From an uncultured Planctomycetaceae bacterium (GTDB lineage Bacteria > Planctomycetota > Planctomycetia > Pirellulales > UBA1268), in the NCBI GenBank assembly GCA_903917235.1, contig CAIWZS010000033.1, forward strand, positions 1-41,958: 41,958 nucleotides of DNA, in the 5' to 3' direction. The number at the start of each line of letters is the position of its first letter. Positions within the stretch are counted from its first letter, which is position 1. This document shows positions 1 to 10,057 of the stretch, in pieces. The notes under the pieces were generated by a model, which had not been told where the DNA came from, made no database searches, and saw nothing but the letters and a program-made list of their open reading frames with translations. The position numbers were made by a program, and so were the translations under genes.

Positions 1-1032
1 GATGAGGATGCTCGCCCCCGCGGCGAGCGGACCGTAGGTCACGTAGCTGTGGCCGGTGATCCAGCCACAGTCCGCCGTGCACCAGAAGAGGTCGTCGTCG
101 CGCAGGTCGAAGACCCACTCCGCCGTCGTCTTCGCCCAGAGGACGTAGCCGGCGGTCGTGTGCTGGATGCCCTTCGGCTTTCCGGTCGAGCCGCTCGTGT
201 AGAGGATGAAGAGCGGCGCCTCGGAGTCCATCGCCGCCGGAGGCGTGTCGGACGGCATGCCGTCCACGACGTCGTGCCACCAGTGGTCGCGACCGGCGGT
301 CATGGAGACGGGCTGGCCGGTCCGTTTGAGCACGATCACGTGCCGCACGGAGGGGGACTTCGTCAGGGCCTCGTCCACGTTGGCCTTGAGCGGCAGTTTC
401 GCGCCGCGGCGCCAGCCGCCGTCGGCGGTGATCACCGCCACGGCCTCGGCGTCGTTGTTGCGATCGGCGATGGCCTCGCTGGAGAACCCGCCGAAGATCA
501 CCGAATGCACCGCCCCGAGCCGTGCACACGCGAGCATCGCCACCACGAGTTCGGGCGTCATCGGCATGTAGATCGAGACCACGTCGCCGGGCTTCACACC
601 GAGCCGTGAGAGCCCGGCGGCGAGCCTGCAGACCTCCGCGTGCAACTCCCGATACGTGAGCGCGCGCCGTTCGCCGGCCGGCTCGCCGACCCAGACGAGG
701 GCGGTCTTCTCGCCCCGGCCCGCGGCGAGGTGGACGTCGAGGCAGGCGGCCGACGCATTCGTGAGGCCGCCGGCGAACCAGGCCGCATGCGGCGGGCGCC
801 AGTCGAGCACCCTGTCGTAGGGCCGCATCCAGGGCAGCGCGCGGGCCCGTTCGTCCCAGAACGACTCGGGTGAGGAGCGGGCGGCGTCGTAGAGCCGGCG
901 GTACTCCTCGAGCGACCCGATCCTGGCACGGCTGGAGAATGCCGTGGGAGGCGGGAAGACGCGATCCTCCTGCATCACGCTCGCGACGCGACCGGCGTCA
1001 CCCGTCCCGGCTGCCTTCTGTGGCACGTTCAT
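1..1032 (-). CDS. acs: Acetyl-CoA synthetase (acetate--CoA ligase), N-terminal 344 aa; continues past the left edge
   Basis: Not in the ORF track (no stop in window). Hand translation from ATG 1032 gives MNVPQKAAGTGDAGRVASVMQEDRVFPPP...WFAGGLTNASAACLDVHL...PLFILYTSGSTGKPKG...LFWCTADCGWITGHSYVTYGPLAAGASILI, which are canonical Acs motifs. GGGGGAG RBS upstream. Confidence 0.95.
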   Translation of the reverse strand, partial: MNVPQKAAGTGDAGRVASVMQEDRVFPPPTAFSSRARIGSLEEYRRLYDAARSSPESFWDERARALPWMRPYDRVLDWRPPHAAWFAGGLTNASAACLDVHLAAGRGEKTALVWVGEPAGERRALTYRELHAEVCRLAAGLSRLGVKPGDVVSIYMPMTPELVVAMLACARLGAVHSVIFGGFSSEAIADRNNDAEAVAVITADGGWRRGAKLPLKANVDEALTKSPSVRHVIVLKRTGQPVSMTAGRDHWWHDVVDGMPSDTPPAAMDSEAPLFILYTSGSTGKPKGIQHTTAGYVLWAKTTAEWVFDLRDDDLFWCTADCGWITGHSYVTYGPLAAGASILI

Positions 1033-1067
1033 CGCTGGTCTGCTCCCCCCGAAGGTGCATGTGGCCC

Positions 1068-1090
1068 GGCGGCGCGGAGGCCGCGCCGCC
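1068..1090. other. Perfect 10-bp GC hairpin in the pfkA-acs spacer (possible terminator, attenuator or processing stem)
   Basis: GGCGGCGCGG-AGG-CCGCGCCGCC; no U-tract follows. Confidence 0.4.
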
Positions 1091-1162
1091 CGCGGGCGGC
1101 CCGGAGAGCAGAGCATCCGCGGCACGCCCGGGCAATGCCCGGCCGCGGGGGCGGCATCGCGC

Positions 1163-1182
1163 GCGACGTGTCGTGACGTCGC
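1163..1182 (-). terminator. Inverted repeat just after the pfkA stop; possible terminator stem or operator
   Basis: GCGACGT-N6-ACGTCGC, 7 nt past the pfkA stop; no U-tract. Confidence 0.3.
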
Positions 1183-1189
1183 CTCCCGT

Positions 1190-2332
1190 CTACACCGGCG
1201 TGGCGGCCGGCCGTCCGGCCGCGAAGGGGCTCGCCGCCGCGTCGTCGCCGAAGCTGATGCCGAGGGCGCGCGCGGCGAGCACGATCGAGCGCGCCGGATC
1301 GACCCGCGAGAGTCGCGTGATCGCCTCGCTGATCGGCACACTCTCCATGTTGGGGGGGCGGAAGCAGACCATCTCGCCGAACCGCCCCTCGTGCACGAGC
1401 CGCACCGCGTGGGCGCCGTATTCCGTGGCGAGGACGCGGTCGAACGTCGTCGGACTGCCACCACGCTGGAGGTGGCCGAGCACGACGGTGCGCACCTCGC
1501 GCATGAGCCGTCGACCGAGTTCCGCCGCGACGATCTCGCCGATACCGCCGAGTCGCACCTGCTCCCTGGCCCCACCGGTGCCGGCTGTGACGAGCCCTCC
1601 CTCCGGCAGCCGCGCCCCTTCCGCGACGACGACGAGCGTGAACCGCTTGCCCTCCGACTCCCGCTCGAGCACCTTGCGGCAGACGTTCTCGAACGTCCAG
1701 TCGATCTCGGGGAGCAGGATCACGTCGCCGCCGCCCGCGATGCCGGAGTGGAGCGCGATCCAGCCCGCGTGCCTCCCCATCACCTCGAGCACCATGATGC
1801 GTTCGTGGCTGGCGGCGGTCGTGTGCAATCGATCGAGCGCGTCGGTGGCACAGTCCACGGCGGAGTCGAATCCGAAGGTGAAGGCCGTCGCACCGAGATC
1901 GTTGTCGATCGTCTTCGGGACGCCGACGACCGGAATCCCGCGCTCGTGGAACTGCTGTGCGATGGCGAGCGATCCATCCCCGCCGGCACAGACGAGTCCG
2001 CAGATCGAGAGCTGTCGGACCGTGGCCGCCACCTGGTCGAGCAGTGCGGGATCGATGCGGACGCGCTCGTCCTCGCCGACGGTTGCGGCGAAGCGGCCCT
2101 TGTTGGTCGATCCGAGGATCGTGCCGCCCCGGGTGAGAATGCCCGCGGTGTTCCGCGCGTTGAGCGGCATGTAGCTCACCGGCTCGACGAGGCCCTCGTA
2201 GCCCCTCAGAAACCCGACGCAGTCGTAGCCGAGCCGCTCGCTGCTCTTGACGACCGCGCGAATGACCGCGTTGAGGCCGGGGCAATCGCCCCCGGACGTG
2301 AGGACGCCGACGGCGGGCTTGGCGGGAGGCAT
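1190..2332 (-). CDS. pfkA: 6-phosphofructokinase (PfkA family, group III/mixed-substrate-like)
   Basis: LTSGGDCPGLNA, GGTILGSTN, GGDGS, PKTIDND, EVMGRHAGW, LGHLQRGG motifs; -10-like TACACT on the minus strand at 2402-2407. Confidence 0.95.
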   Translation of the reverse strand: MPPAKPAVGVLTSGGDCPGLNAVIRAVVKSSERLGYDCVGFLRGYEGLVEPVSYMPLNARNTAGILTRGGTILGSTNKGRFAATVGEDERVRIDPALLDQVAATVRQLSICGLVCAGGDGSLAIAQQFHERGIPVVGVPKTIDNDLGATAFTFGFDSAVDCATDALDRLHTTAASHERIMVLEVMGRHAGWIALHSGIAGGGDVILLPEIDWTFENVCRKVLERESEGKRFTLVVVAEGARLPEGGLVTAGTGGAREQVRLGGIGEIVAAELGRRLMREVRTVVLGHLQRGGSPTTFDRVLATEYGAHAVRLVHEGRFGEMVCFRPPNMESVPISEAITRLSRVDPARSIVLAARALGISFGDDAAASPFAAGRPAATPV

Positions 2333-2431
2333 GGGGCGGATTCCTGAGGGTGTGGTCGGTCCACGACACCGAACACCGGTCCGCCTCCGCCGGATCCGGG
2401 CAGTGTAGCCGACCTGTCACCATGCGTGGCG

Positions 2432-3226
2432 TCAGGTTCCGGACGGCCTGGCTGCCAGCCGCAGGAGGTCGATTGCGGCCCGGAGCATCTGCGGGCCCGA
2501 GAGCTTCGACCCACGCACGTCCCGCCAGGCCTCGAGCGGGAGCTCATGAATGCCCGCGGTCGCCTCTCCAGATCCCAGCGCGCCCCGGACGCGGAGAAGT
2601 CGCTGGAGGATCTCGATGTCGAGCAGCCAGCGTGTCGCGAACGGGATGTCGAAAATTCCCTCCCGGACGGCGTCGGCGCGGAAGAGCTTCGCACCGCACT
2701 GGGTGTCGTAGACCCGCAGCCCCAGCACCCACGACGCCGCCGTGGCGAACAGCCGACCGAGGTAGTGCCGCAGGGGCGACCGCCGGATGTCGCGTCCGAG
2801 CAGGGCGACGCGCGAGCCCATCACCATGACAACCTCGGGTCGGCGCTCGAGCAGCTCGACGAAGCGGCCCAATTCATCCAACGGCGTGGCGAGATCGGCG
2901 TCCCAGTAGCCGACGGCGTACGGGAGCCCGCCCAGCGCCTGCAGCACGCCGCGTCGCACCGCCTCCGCCTTACCGCCGTTGGTCTCGAGGGGCAGCACGT
3001 CCACCACGGCTGGCGCCCTTGCCCGGAGCGCGTCGAGCACGACCCGAGTGTCGTCACGACTTCCGTCGTCGACGAAGAGAAACCTCACCCGCGGCAGCGC
3101 CGAGGCACAGGCGAGAAAAGGCTCGCCGTGAAGCCGCTTGCCCTCGTCGAAGCAGGGCACGACGATGACCACGTCGGTGCCATGAGAAACCGGTTCCGCT
3201 CGTGCGGCTGTCGCGACCGCTGACAC
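2432..3226 (-). CDS. GT2 glycosyltransferase, dolichyl/polyprenyl-phosphate beta-glucosyltransferase (ALG5/DPG synthase)-like
   Basis: VVPCFDE, VDDGSRD, NGGKAEAV, YWDADLATP, DTQCGAKLF, WLLDIEIL, WRDVRGSKL. Start chosen at GTG 3226; the track start 3265 overlaps the upstream gene. Confidence 0.85.
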   Translation of the reverse strand: MSAVATAARAEPVSHGTDVVIVVPCFDEGKRLHGEPFLACASALPRVRFLFVDDGSRDDTRVVLDALRARAPAVVDVLPLETNGGKAEAVRRGVLQALGGLPYAVGYWDADLATPLDELGRFVELLERRPEVVMVMGSRVALLGRDIRRSPLRHYLGRLFATAASWVLGLRVYDTQCGAKLFRADAVREGIFDIPFATRWLLDIEILQRLLRVRGALGSGEATAGIHELPLEAWRDVRGSKLSGPQMLRAAIDLLRLAARPSGT

Positions 3227-3233
3227 GTCGTTC

Positions 3234-4079
3234 TCAGCGCGGCCTCGGGCGGATGACGACTTCATGGACGGCGTCCCGCGTCGCCGGCCGCATGCCCGCC
3301 GCGTCGCCGTCCACCGACGCCTCCCGCCGCAGCACCGCGATCAGGCTCACGCCGCTCCCGTGGACCGTCCGGCTCCCGGCCTTGAGGTTGCGGAGCAGCC
3401 CGCGCCGCTCGCCCGCGAACACGCGGTAGAGGAGGTAATTCATCGGTGCCGAGGGCATGGCGAGGTCGGTGCCGGCCGCGCCGGAGCGAAATCCCGGTGG
3501 TCGCATGCGACGCACGAGACGCACGAGGGGCTCGAGTCGGGTGTTGAGCGGCGCGAGCAGGTGGCATGAGACCGGCAGCGACTGCCAGAGCGCCGCGAAC
3601 AGGTCGGGGTCGTAGCGCCGGTAATGCCCGAGCACCTCGTCGTGGGTACTCCAGAGCGTCATGTCGGCGGGCACCGTGAGCACGAACCAGGTGCCGGGAG
3701 CGCATCGCTCCACGATGTCGCCCAGCAGCCCGGAGTCGTCCTCCACGTGCTCGAGCACGTCGGACATCACGACGGCCCGGACGTCGGCGATCCGACCGGC
3801 GAGCACGTCCGGTGCCCGTCCCTCGAGGAATTCGCACCCGGGATACTTCGACCTCGCGAGTTCGATCGCCGACGCGGACGGATCCACGCCCACGGTCCGG
3901 AACCGACCGGTGAGCGCGGCGACCGTGCCACCGGTGCCGCAGCCCACATCCACGACGAGGGGGTCCTTCTCGGTTCCGAGCAGTTGTGTGATGATGTCGA
4001 GGAGGATGCGGCGGCGGGCGACGAACCACCAATGCCGGTCCTCATGGGCGGCATGCGCTGCGAACTGGGCCTCATCCAT
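3234..4079 (-). CDS. Class I SAM-dependent methyltransferase (glycosylation-cluster type)
   Basis: EDRHWWFVARR, VVDVGCGTGG, GVDPS, DVLEHVEDD, LTVPA..LWSTHDEVLGHYRRY; start at ATG 4079 (MDEAQF). Confidence 0.9.
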   Translation of the reverse strand: MDEAQFAAHAAHEDRHWWFVARRRILLDIITQLLGTEKDPLVVDVGCGTGGTVAALTGRFRTVGVDPSASAIELARSKYPGCEFLEGRAPDVLAGRIADVRAVVMSDVLEHVEDDSGLLGDIVERCAPGTWFVLTVPADMTLWSTHDEVLGHYRRYDPDLFAALWQSLPVSCHLLAPLNTRLEPLVRLVRRMRPPGFRSGAAGTDLAMPSAPMNYLLYRVFAGERRGLLRNLKAGSRTVHGSGVSLIAVLRREASVDGDAAGMRPATRDAVHEVVIRPRPR

Positions 4080-4246
4080 GACGGAACCGGGTGAGTGCAG
4101 CATGCCTTCAGATCACCGTGGATCGCCGACCGGCGGGGCCTGCCCGCTCCTCCTCCATTGTTCATTGCGTTGAACGGAAAAGCCACCGTGGCCCGGGGTC
4201 CGACCGGATCAGCCGGCCACCAGCCTTCGTCGTCCCCGAGGAGCGC

Positions 4247-6097
4247 ATGAAGACTCGTGCGCCTGGGCCCCCGAGCCGGCCTGCCTTGGGGTCGGGGGAA
4301 TCGGTCGGCCCACGACGTGCGGACGTCGCCTGGTCGCTCGTCCTCGTGCTGCTCGTGGCAGCCGGCTGGGGAGTCGGGGTGGGCCTGCAACGCTGGTCGC
4401 TGCCGCTCTCCTCCCCGACGGATGGCTTTCGCGGCGACCTGCTCTTCCATCTGGCGTTGGTCAGGGCCTCGATGGAGGGCGATTTTCCACCGGTGCTTTG
4501 GAAGACGGTGCCGTCACTCGGCGCGCCCGATGGCGCGCAATGGAACGACTGGCCCGTCGTGGAGGAACTGCCCACGCTCTGCATGGCCATGATCGGTCGG
4601 ATCGTGGGGTTGGTGGCGGGCTACAACGTCAGCCTGCTCACGTCGTGCCTGCTGGCCTCCCTGACCTTCTTCACCGTCGCGCGGGCTTCGGGGTGTGCCC
4701 GCCCGTGGAGCTTCGTGGGAGGCCTTGCCTTCGGGCTCGCGCCGTGCACGTTCGCGCAGACGCCGCACCATCCCTTCATCGCCCAGGCATGGCATGTCCC
4801 CTTGTTTCTGCCGATCTGGAGGTGGGTCACGACCGGGGACGGGATCGTCTGGCGGAGCCGTCCCTTCTGGTTCGCCGTCGGCGTGGGCGCCGTGACCGGG
4901 CTGCAGAGCCCCTATTACACGAACATCTTCTGCCAGGTGACGCTGCTCGGGGGCCTGGTGACCTTCGCGCGGAACCGCACCGGACTGGCGTCGGCCGCCG
5001 CGGTCGTGACCGCAGCCGCGGCCGCCTTCGCCCTCATGAACGTGGACACCTGGACCTATCGGCTGGTCCACGGCGCGAACCCTGGGGCGTTGGTCCGCGA
5101 GTACAAGTGGCTGGAGATCTACGGGCTCAAGATCGTCGACCTGCTGATTCCGCCGCCGACGCACCGGATCCCCGCGTTTGCGGCCTTCGCCACGGCCCAT
5201 CGGGCGGTTGCACCGCTGCAGGACGAGGGCTCCTACCTCGGGGTCGTCGGCATCGCCGCCCTGCTGCTGCTCGTCGGTACCGCCGTTGCAGCGGTCGTGC
5301 GCCGCCGTGACGAGGGCGTGCCGATCGAGGCATGGTGGGTGCTCTGGATCGTGCTCGTCTTCTCGACCGGAGGACTCAACGCGGTGCTCGGTGCGTGCGG
5401 GCTCACGCTGTTCCGGACGGGGTGCCGCTATGCCGTCGTCATCCTCGCGATCGTGCTGCTCTTCGCGGCACGACGTCTCACGGCATGGGAGGACCGGGCC
5501 CCGCCAGATGCTTCGTCAGCAGAGACCAGACGCATCGGAATCCTGACGGCCGTCGCCGCCCTCACGACACTCGTGCTGATCGATCAGGTACCACGGTCGC
5601 CGGGCCCGGAACAGGTCGCGCTGATCGCCCGTCAGGAGGCCGCCGATCGCGATTTCGTGGCACGGATGGGCGCCGCACTGCCGGCACGCGCGTCCGTGTT
5701 CCAGCTGCCGGTGATGGATTTTCCGGAGGCCCCGCTCCCGAGCATCCCCGCCTACGATCATCTGCGGCCGTTCGTGCAGGGGGGGGACCTGCGCTACTCG
5801 TTCGGCTCGACGAAGGGACGGCCGCAGGATCAGTGGCAGCGGGAGATCGAGCAGCAGCTGCTCGCTGCTGCCACTCCGAACCAGGAGGCCCGCCGGCTCA
5901 ATTTCGACCCGGCGGCGGTCCGCCGTGTCGTCGCAGCGCTGCGAGAGCGCGGCTTCTCCGCGATCTACCTCAACCGCAACGGGTTCCCCGATCTGGGCCG
6001 TGGCCTGCAGCTGGCCCTCCGGGACGCGGGATGCGACGCGGACGCCATCGAAAGCCGAACCGGAGACCTCGTCTGCATCGTCCTGCCCGCTTCCTGA
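4247..6097 (+). CDS. Polytopic membrane protein with C-terminal soluble domain, putative GT-C-type glycosyltransferase
   Basis: GAGGAG RBS before ATG 4247; about 10-12 hydrophobic segments; acidic first loop (DGFRGDLLFH); soluble tail FQLPVMDFPE..YDHLRPF..LRYSFGSTKGR. GT-C function is inferred from topology and context. Confidence 0.7.
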   Translation: MKTRAPGPPSRPALGSGESVGPRRADVAWSLVLVLLVAAGWGVGVGLQRWSLPLSSPTDGFRGDLLFHLALVRASMEGDFPPVLWKTVPSLGAPDGAQWNDWPVVEELPTLCMAMIGRIVGLVAGYNVSLLTSCLLASLTFFTVARASGCARPWSFVGGLAFGLAPCTFAQTPHHPFIAQAWHVPLFLPIWRWVTTGDGIVWRSRPFWFAVGVGAVTGLQSPYYTNIFCQVTLLGGLVTFARNRTGLASAAAVVTAAAAAFALMNVDTWTYRLVHGANPGALVREYKWLEIYGLKIVDLLIPPPTHRIPAFAAFATAHRAVAPLQDEGSYLGVVGIAALLLLVGTAVAAVVRRRDEGVPIEAWWVLWIVLVFSTGGLNAVLGACGLTLFRTGCRYAVVILAIVLLFAARRLTAWEDRAPPDASSAETRRIGILTAVAALTTLVLIDQVPRSPGPEQVALIARQEAADRDFVARMGAALPARASVFQLPVMDFPEAPLPSIPAYDHLRPFVQGGDLRYSFGSTKGRPQDQWQREIEQQLLAAATPNQEARRLNFDPAAVRRVVAALRERGFSAIYLNRNGFPDLGRGLQLALRDAGCDADAIESRTGDLVCIVLPAS

Positions 6098-6221
6098 ACG
6101 ACGACAGCCGACACGGTGGTCGATCCGTGCCGTTCGCTGGGCCCGTGAGGCACGTGCGCTTTCTGTTACCGTTGGGGGCGGCCGGCGGTCGGCCCCCGCG
6201 CCTTCGCCTCGAGACCCGACG

Positions 6222-8210
6222 ATGACGTCGCTCAACCGCAGCAGATCTTCCGAACCCCGTTCGACTTCAGCGTCGGCAGCGAGCGCCCATGCCGCCTCGG
6301 GCGCGGTGATCGCCGACGGGTCCAGTGGTCCGTCGGGGGACGTGCTGCTCCGCGGCGCGGTGATCGTGCTCGCCGTGCTTTGGGTCTACGCCCCGGTCTG
6401 TCATCCCGTCTTCGCCCCCGAGTGGCTCTGGGACGACGACACGCTGCTCACGGCGAACGCGACGGTTCAGTCCACGACGGCGGCGTCCCTTTCCAAGATC
6501 TGGTTCAACCCCGATGGGGTCGACTACTTTCCGCTGAGCTACACGGCCCTGTGGCTCCAGTGGCCGCTCTTCGGCGGCTGGTCCTCCGGCTATCACGCCG
6601 TCTCCATAGCACTTCACGCGATCGGCAGCCTTCTGCTCTGGCGGTTGCTGGCAGTGATGCGGGTGCCGGGAAGCTGGCTGGCGGCGCTCATGTTCGCGGT
6701 GCATCCGGTGTGCGTCGAATCCGTGGCATGGGTGTCGGAACTCAAAAACACGCTTTCATTGCCGCTGTTCCTTGTGGCTGCCATCCATTTCGTGTCGTTC
6801 GACGATCTGGCCCATGGCCGGTCGAACGGAACGCCCGTCGCATCCGCCGGTGCGGAACGGCACTACTGGCTCGCGCTCGCGTTCTTTCTGCTCGCCATGT
6901 TCGCCAAGACGTCGGTCGTGATGCTGCCGGTGGTCCTGCTCCTCTACGTCTGGTGGAAGCGCGGGCGAGTGGCCGTTCAGGACGTGGTCCGGGCAGGACC
7001 GTTCTTCCTCGTGTCGCTCGTGCTTGGGCTGGTCACACTCTCTTTCCAGCACGGTCGGGCGATCGGCGACGAGGCGATCATCGTCGGTGGACTCGCATCG
7101 CGCACCGCGACCGCGGGACTTTCGATTCTCTGGTATCTGTGGCTCATGCTCTGGCCCGTGAACCTGCTTCCGATCTATCCGCGCTGGGAGGTCGACCCTC
7201 CCCGCGTCTGGCAGTTTCTCGCCTGGCTTCCGATCCTCGGTGGGCTCTGGGCCTGCTGGAGGCATCGCGATGCGACCGGTCCGCCCGGCTGGGAACGCTG
7301 GGGCCGCCACGCGATCTTCGCCTTCGGCTTCTTTCTGCTCATGGTGTTCCCGGTGCTCGGGTTCGTGACCATCGCGTACATGCGGATCACATGGGCGGCC
7401 GACCACTTCATCTACCTGCCGATGATCGGCCCGATCGCCCTCGTTGCGGCCGCGCTGGCGACGGGAGTGCGGCTGGTGCCGGAGCGGTTGCAATCGCTGA
7501 TGCCCGTGTGGATGACCTGCGTCCTGGTCTGGTTGGCGGCGCTCTCCTATCGCTATGCGGGGGCCTGGGTCAACGAGGACGCCCTCTGGACGCACACGCT
7601 CGCGCACAATCCCGACGCGTGGCAGGCGCACAACCGGCTCGGCGTCATGAAGTACTCCCGGGGACACATCGACGACCTCGAGCCCGCCGACGGCATCCGC
7701 AGCGTCGGAGCCTTGCATCACTTCACGCGGTCGACGGCGCTGCGGCCGGATCTCGGCGAGACGCACAACAACCTCGGCCTTGCGCTCTCGGCGAAGGGGC
7801 GCCTCCCGGAGGCCATCGAGCAGTTCCGTGAAGCCGCCCGGGTGACACCGAGGGATCCACGCATCCGGGTCAACCTCGCCAACTCCCTGGTGGCCGTGGG
7901 GCGGTTCGAGGAGGCCGCCGCGATCTACGAGGCGCTCCTGAGATTCCAGCCCGACAACCCGGCGCTCTTGTGCAACCTCGGCGTGACTCTCCACCGTCGC
8001 GGGCGACGCGACGAGGCGATCGTGCTTTTTCGTCGGGCGCTGTCCATCGCGCCGAATCTCAAGGACGCTCAGGAGAGCCTCGCGATCGCGCTCCGCGAAA
8101 AGGCCGATGAGAACCCTCCCCCCGGAGCGGTCGAGGCAGGCCCCGGCCCCGTGCCGGAGAGGCCAGCGTCGCCCTCACCCGTACCGGAGCGGGCCGCACC
8201 CGGAAGCTGA
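6222..8210 (+). CDS. TMTC-like membrane protein: multi-TM N-terminal domain plus C-terminal TPR repeats (putative protein O-mannosyltransferase)
   Basis: First loop WLWDDDTLLTANATV resembles the TMTC DD..I..N motif; YFPLSY, FAVHPVCVESVAWVSELK, AMFAKTS, ADHFIYLPMIG, W.NEDALW; several TPRs (HNNLGLAL, RVNLANSL, LCNLGVTL). Confidence 0.8.
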   Translation: MTSLNRSRSSEPRSTSASAASAHAASGAVIADGSSGPSGDVLLRGAVIVLAVLWVYAPVCHPVFAPEWLWDDDTLLTANATVQSTTAASLSKIWFNPDGVDYFPLSYTALWLQWPLFGGWSSGYHAVSIALHAIGSLLLWRLLAVMRVPGSWLAALMFAVHPVCVESVAWVSELKNTLSLPLFLVAAIHFVSFDDLAHGRSNGTPVASAGAERHYWLALAFFLLAMFAKTSVVMLPVVLLLYVWWKRGRVAVQDVVRAGPFFLVSLVLGLVTLSFQHGRAIGDEAIIVGGLASRTATAGLSILWYLWLMLWPVNLLPIYPRWEVDPPRVWQFLAWLPILGGLWACWRHRDATGPPGWERWGRHAIFAFGFFLLMVFPVLGFVTIAYMRITWAADHFIYLPMIGPIALVAAALATGVRLVPERLQSLMPVWMTCVLVWLAALSYRYAGAWVNEDALWTHTLAHNPDAWQAHNRLGVMKYSRGHIDDLEPADGIRSVGALHHFTRSTALRPDLGETHNNLGLALSAKGRLPEAIEQFREAARVTPRDPRIRVNLANSLVAVGRFEEAAAIYEALLRFQPDNPALLCNLGVTLHRRGRRDEAIVLFRRALSIAPNLKDAQESLAIALREKADENPPPGAVEAGPGPVPERPASPSPVPERAAPGS

Positions 8211-8232
8211 CGGGCCGTCTCCCTGCCCCGCG

Positions 8233-8991
8233 TCACCATCCCAGCCAGGTGCGCCGGGCGAGTCGCACGAGATCACCGATGCTCCGGCAGCTCTCCGCCA
8301 GGCCCGCCTTGCTCCTGCCACGGGTGCGATCGGTGAACGTGATGGGCACCTCCACGATCCGCCCTCCGGCCCGATGCACCCGCCAGAGAAAATCCTCCTG
8401 GAACGCGTAGCCTTCCGCGAACGGTCCCGTGACGCGGCCGAGCACTGCGAGCCGCACCGCCCGGAAGCCGCTGGAGGCGTCGCGCACCGGCACGCCGAGC
8501 ACGAGTCGGGTGAACCAGCAGACGAGCCGGCTGGCGACGTGACGTGAGAGCGGCCATCCCACGACGCGTCCCCCCGGCACACGACGCGAGCCGATGGCGA
8601 CCGCCGGCGATCCGGGGCCGCCCGGGCCGAGCGCGGCGACGAGTCGGGGGACGTCGGCCGGATCGTGGCTGAAGTCGGCGTCGAGATTGACGACGATCTC
8701 GAAGCCGTGTCGCCTGGCGAGTTCGAGGCCCTCGAGCGTGGCCGAGCCCAGGCCGCGCCGCCCGCGACGCACGAGCACGTGCAGCCGCGGCTCCTGATCG
8801 GCCCGTTCGAGCACGAGCCGGCCCGTGCCGTCGGGCGAATCGTCGTCCACCACGAGCACCTGGAGCGCCGGGTCGACCGCGAGCAGGGCGTCGACGAGCG
8901 GCCCGATGTTGTCCCGCTCGTCGAACGTCGCCGCAAGGGCGATCACGCGTCCGGGTGGCCATGCCTCGGACGATCGCAGGTCGTCAGCCAT
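8233..8991 (-). CDS. Polyprenol monophosphomannose synthase (DPM1/Ppm1-like GT2)
   Basis: [68 protein letters not shown]; 8-nt overlap with the trxB stop suggests coupling. Confidence 0.9.
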   Translation of the reverse strand: MADDLRSSEAWPPGRVIALAATFDERDNIGPLVDALLAVDPALQVLVVDDDSPDGTGRLVLERADQEPRLHVLVRRGRRGLGSATLEGLELARRHGFEIVVNLDADFSHDPADVPRLVAALGPGGPGSPAVAIGSRRVPGGRVVGWPLSRHVASRLVCWFTRLVLGVPVRDASSGFRAVRLAVLGRVTGPFAEGYAFQEDFLWRVHRAGGRIVEVPITFTDRTRGRSKAGLAESCRSIGDLVRLARRTWLGW

Positions 8992-10057
8992 GGGAGTGCG
9001 CGAGCCAGCGTTCGGCGTCGAGGGCCGACATGCAGCCGGTGCCCGCCGCCGAGATCGCCTGCCGGTAGTAGTCGTCGGCGACGTCGCCCGCCGCGAACAC
9101 GCCCTCCACGCTCGTGTCGGTGCGGAAGTGCTTCTTCCAGACGATGTATTTCTTGGCCGTCAGCTCCAGCTGGCCGTCGAGGAAGGCCGTGTTGGGCGTG
9201 TGGCCGATCGCGAGGAAGACGCCGGCGGCCTCGACCTCGGTCGTGCGTCCCCGCTCCGTCGTGCTCTCGAGCCGGACACCCGTCACCCCGCGGGCGTCGT
9301 CCCCGAGCACCTCGGCGAGCGCCTGGTTGAAATGGATCGTGATCTTCGGGTCGTCGACCGCCCTCTGGGCCATGATCTTCGACGCACGCAGCGTGTCGCG
9401 GCGGTGCACGAGGTGCACCGTGCTCGCGAACTTCGTGAGGTAGGTGGCCTCCTCGACGGCCGAGTCGCCACCGCCGACCACCACGAGCGGCCTGTTGCGG
9501 AAACGTGGCAGCGCGCCGTCGCACACGGCGCAGGCGCTCACCCCCCGGTTCTTGAAATGCTCCTCGCTCGGCAGGCCGAGCCAGTTGGCGCTCGCGCCGG
9601 TCGCCACGATCACGGCACGTGCCGTGATCTCGCCACCGGCCGCCGGAAACAGCCGGAAGGGACGTCGCGAGAAGTCGACCCGCTCGATGTCGTCGGTCAC
9701 GATCCGCGTGCCGAAGTTGACCGCCTGCTGACGCATGAGCTCCATGAGTTCCGGTCCGGTCACGCCGTGCCCCTCGTGGGGTGGCATCATCATCCTCCGC
9801 TCCGACGGCAGGGCGGAGTCGAGGAAGCGGCCGAGGTCGCCCGCGGGAAAGCCTGCGTAGTTCTCCACCTCGCTCGTGAGCGCGAGCTGGCCGAGCGGCA
9901 GCGTGCCGGCCATGCGATTCTTCTCCGAGATCGCCCCCTCGAAGACGAGCGGCTGCAGCTGGGCACGGGCGGCGTACGTCGCCGCGGACCACCCCGCGGG
10001 GCCGCTCCCGATGATGACGACGGTCTCGGCGGCGGTGGCGGAACGGGAATCAGCCAT
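8984..10057 (-). CDS. trxB: Thioredoxin-disulfide reductase
   Basis: [38 protein letters not shown] (CxxC), [41 protein letters not shown]; CAGGAG RBS before ATG 10057. Confidence 0.96.
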   Translation of the reverse strand: MADSRSATAAETVVIIGSGPAGWSAATYAARAQLQPLVFEGAISEKNRMAGTLPLGQLALTSEVENYAGFPAGDLGRFLDSALPSERRMMMPPHEGHGVTGPELMELMRQQAVNFGTRIVTDDIERVDFSRRPFRLFPAAGGEITARAVIVATGASANWLGLPSEEHFKNRGVSACAVCDGALPRFRNRPLVVVGGGDSAVEEATYLTKFASTVHLVHRRDTLRASKIMAQRAVDDPKITIHFNQALAEVLGDDARGVTGVRLESTTERGRTTEVEAAGVFLAIGHTPNTAFLDGQLELTAKKYIVWKKHFRTDTSVEGVFAAGDVADDYYRQAISAAGTGCMSALDAERWLAHSHG

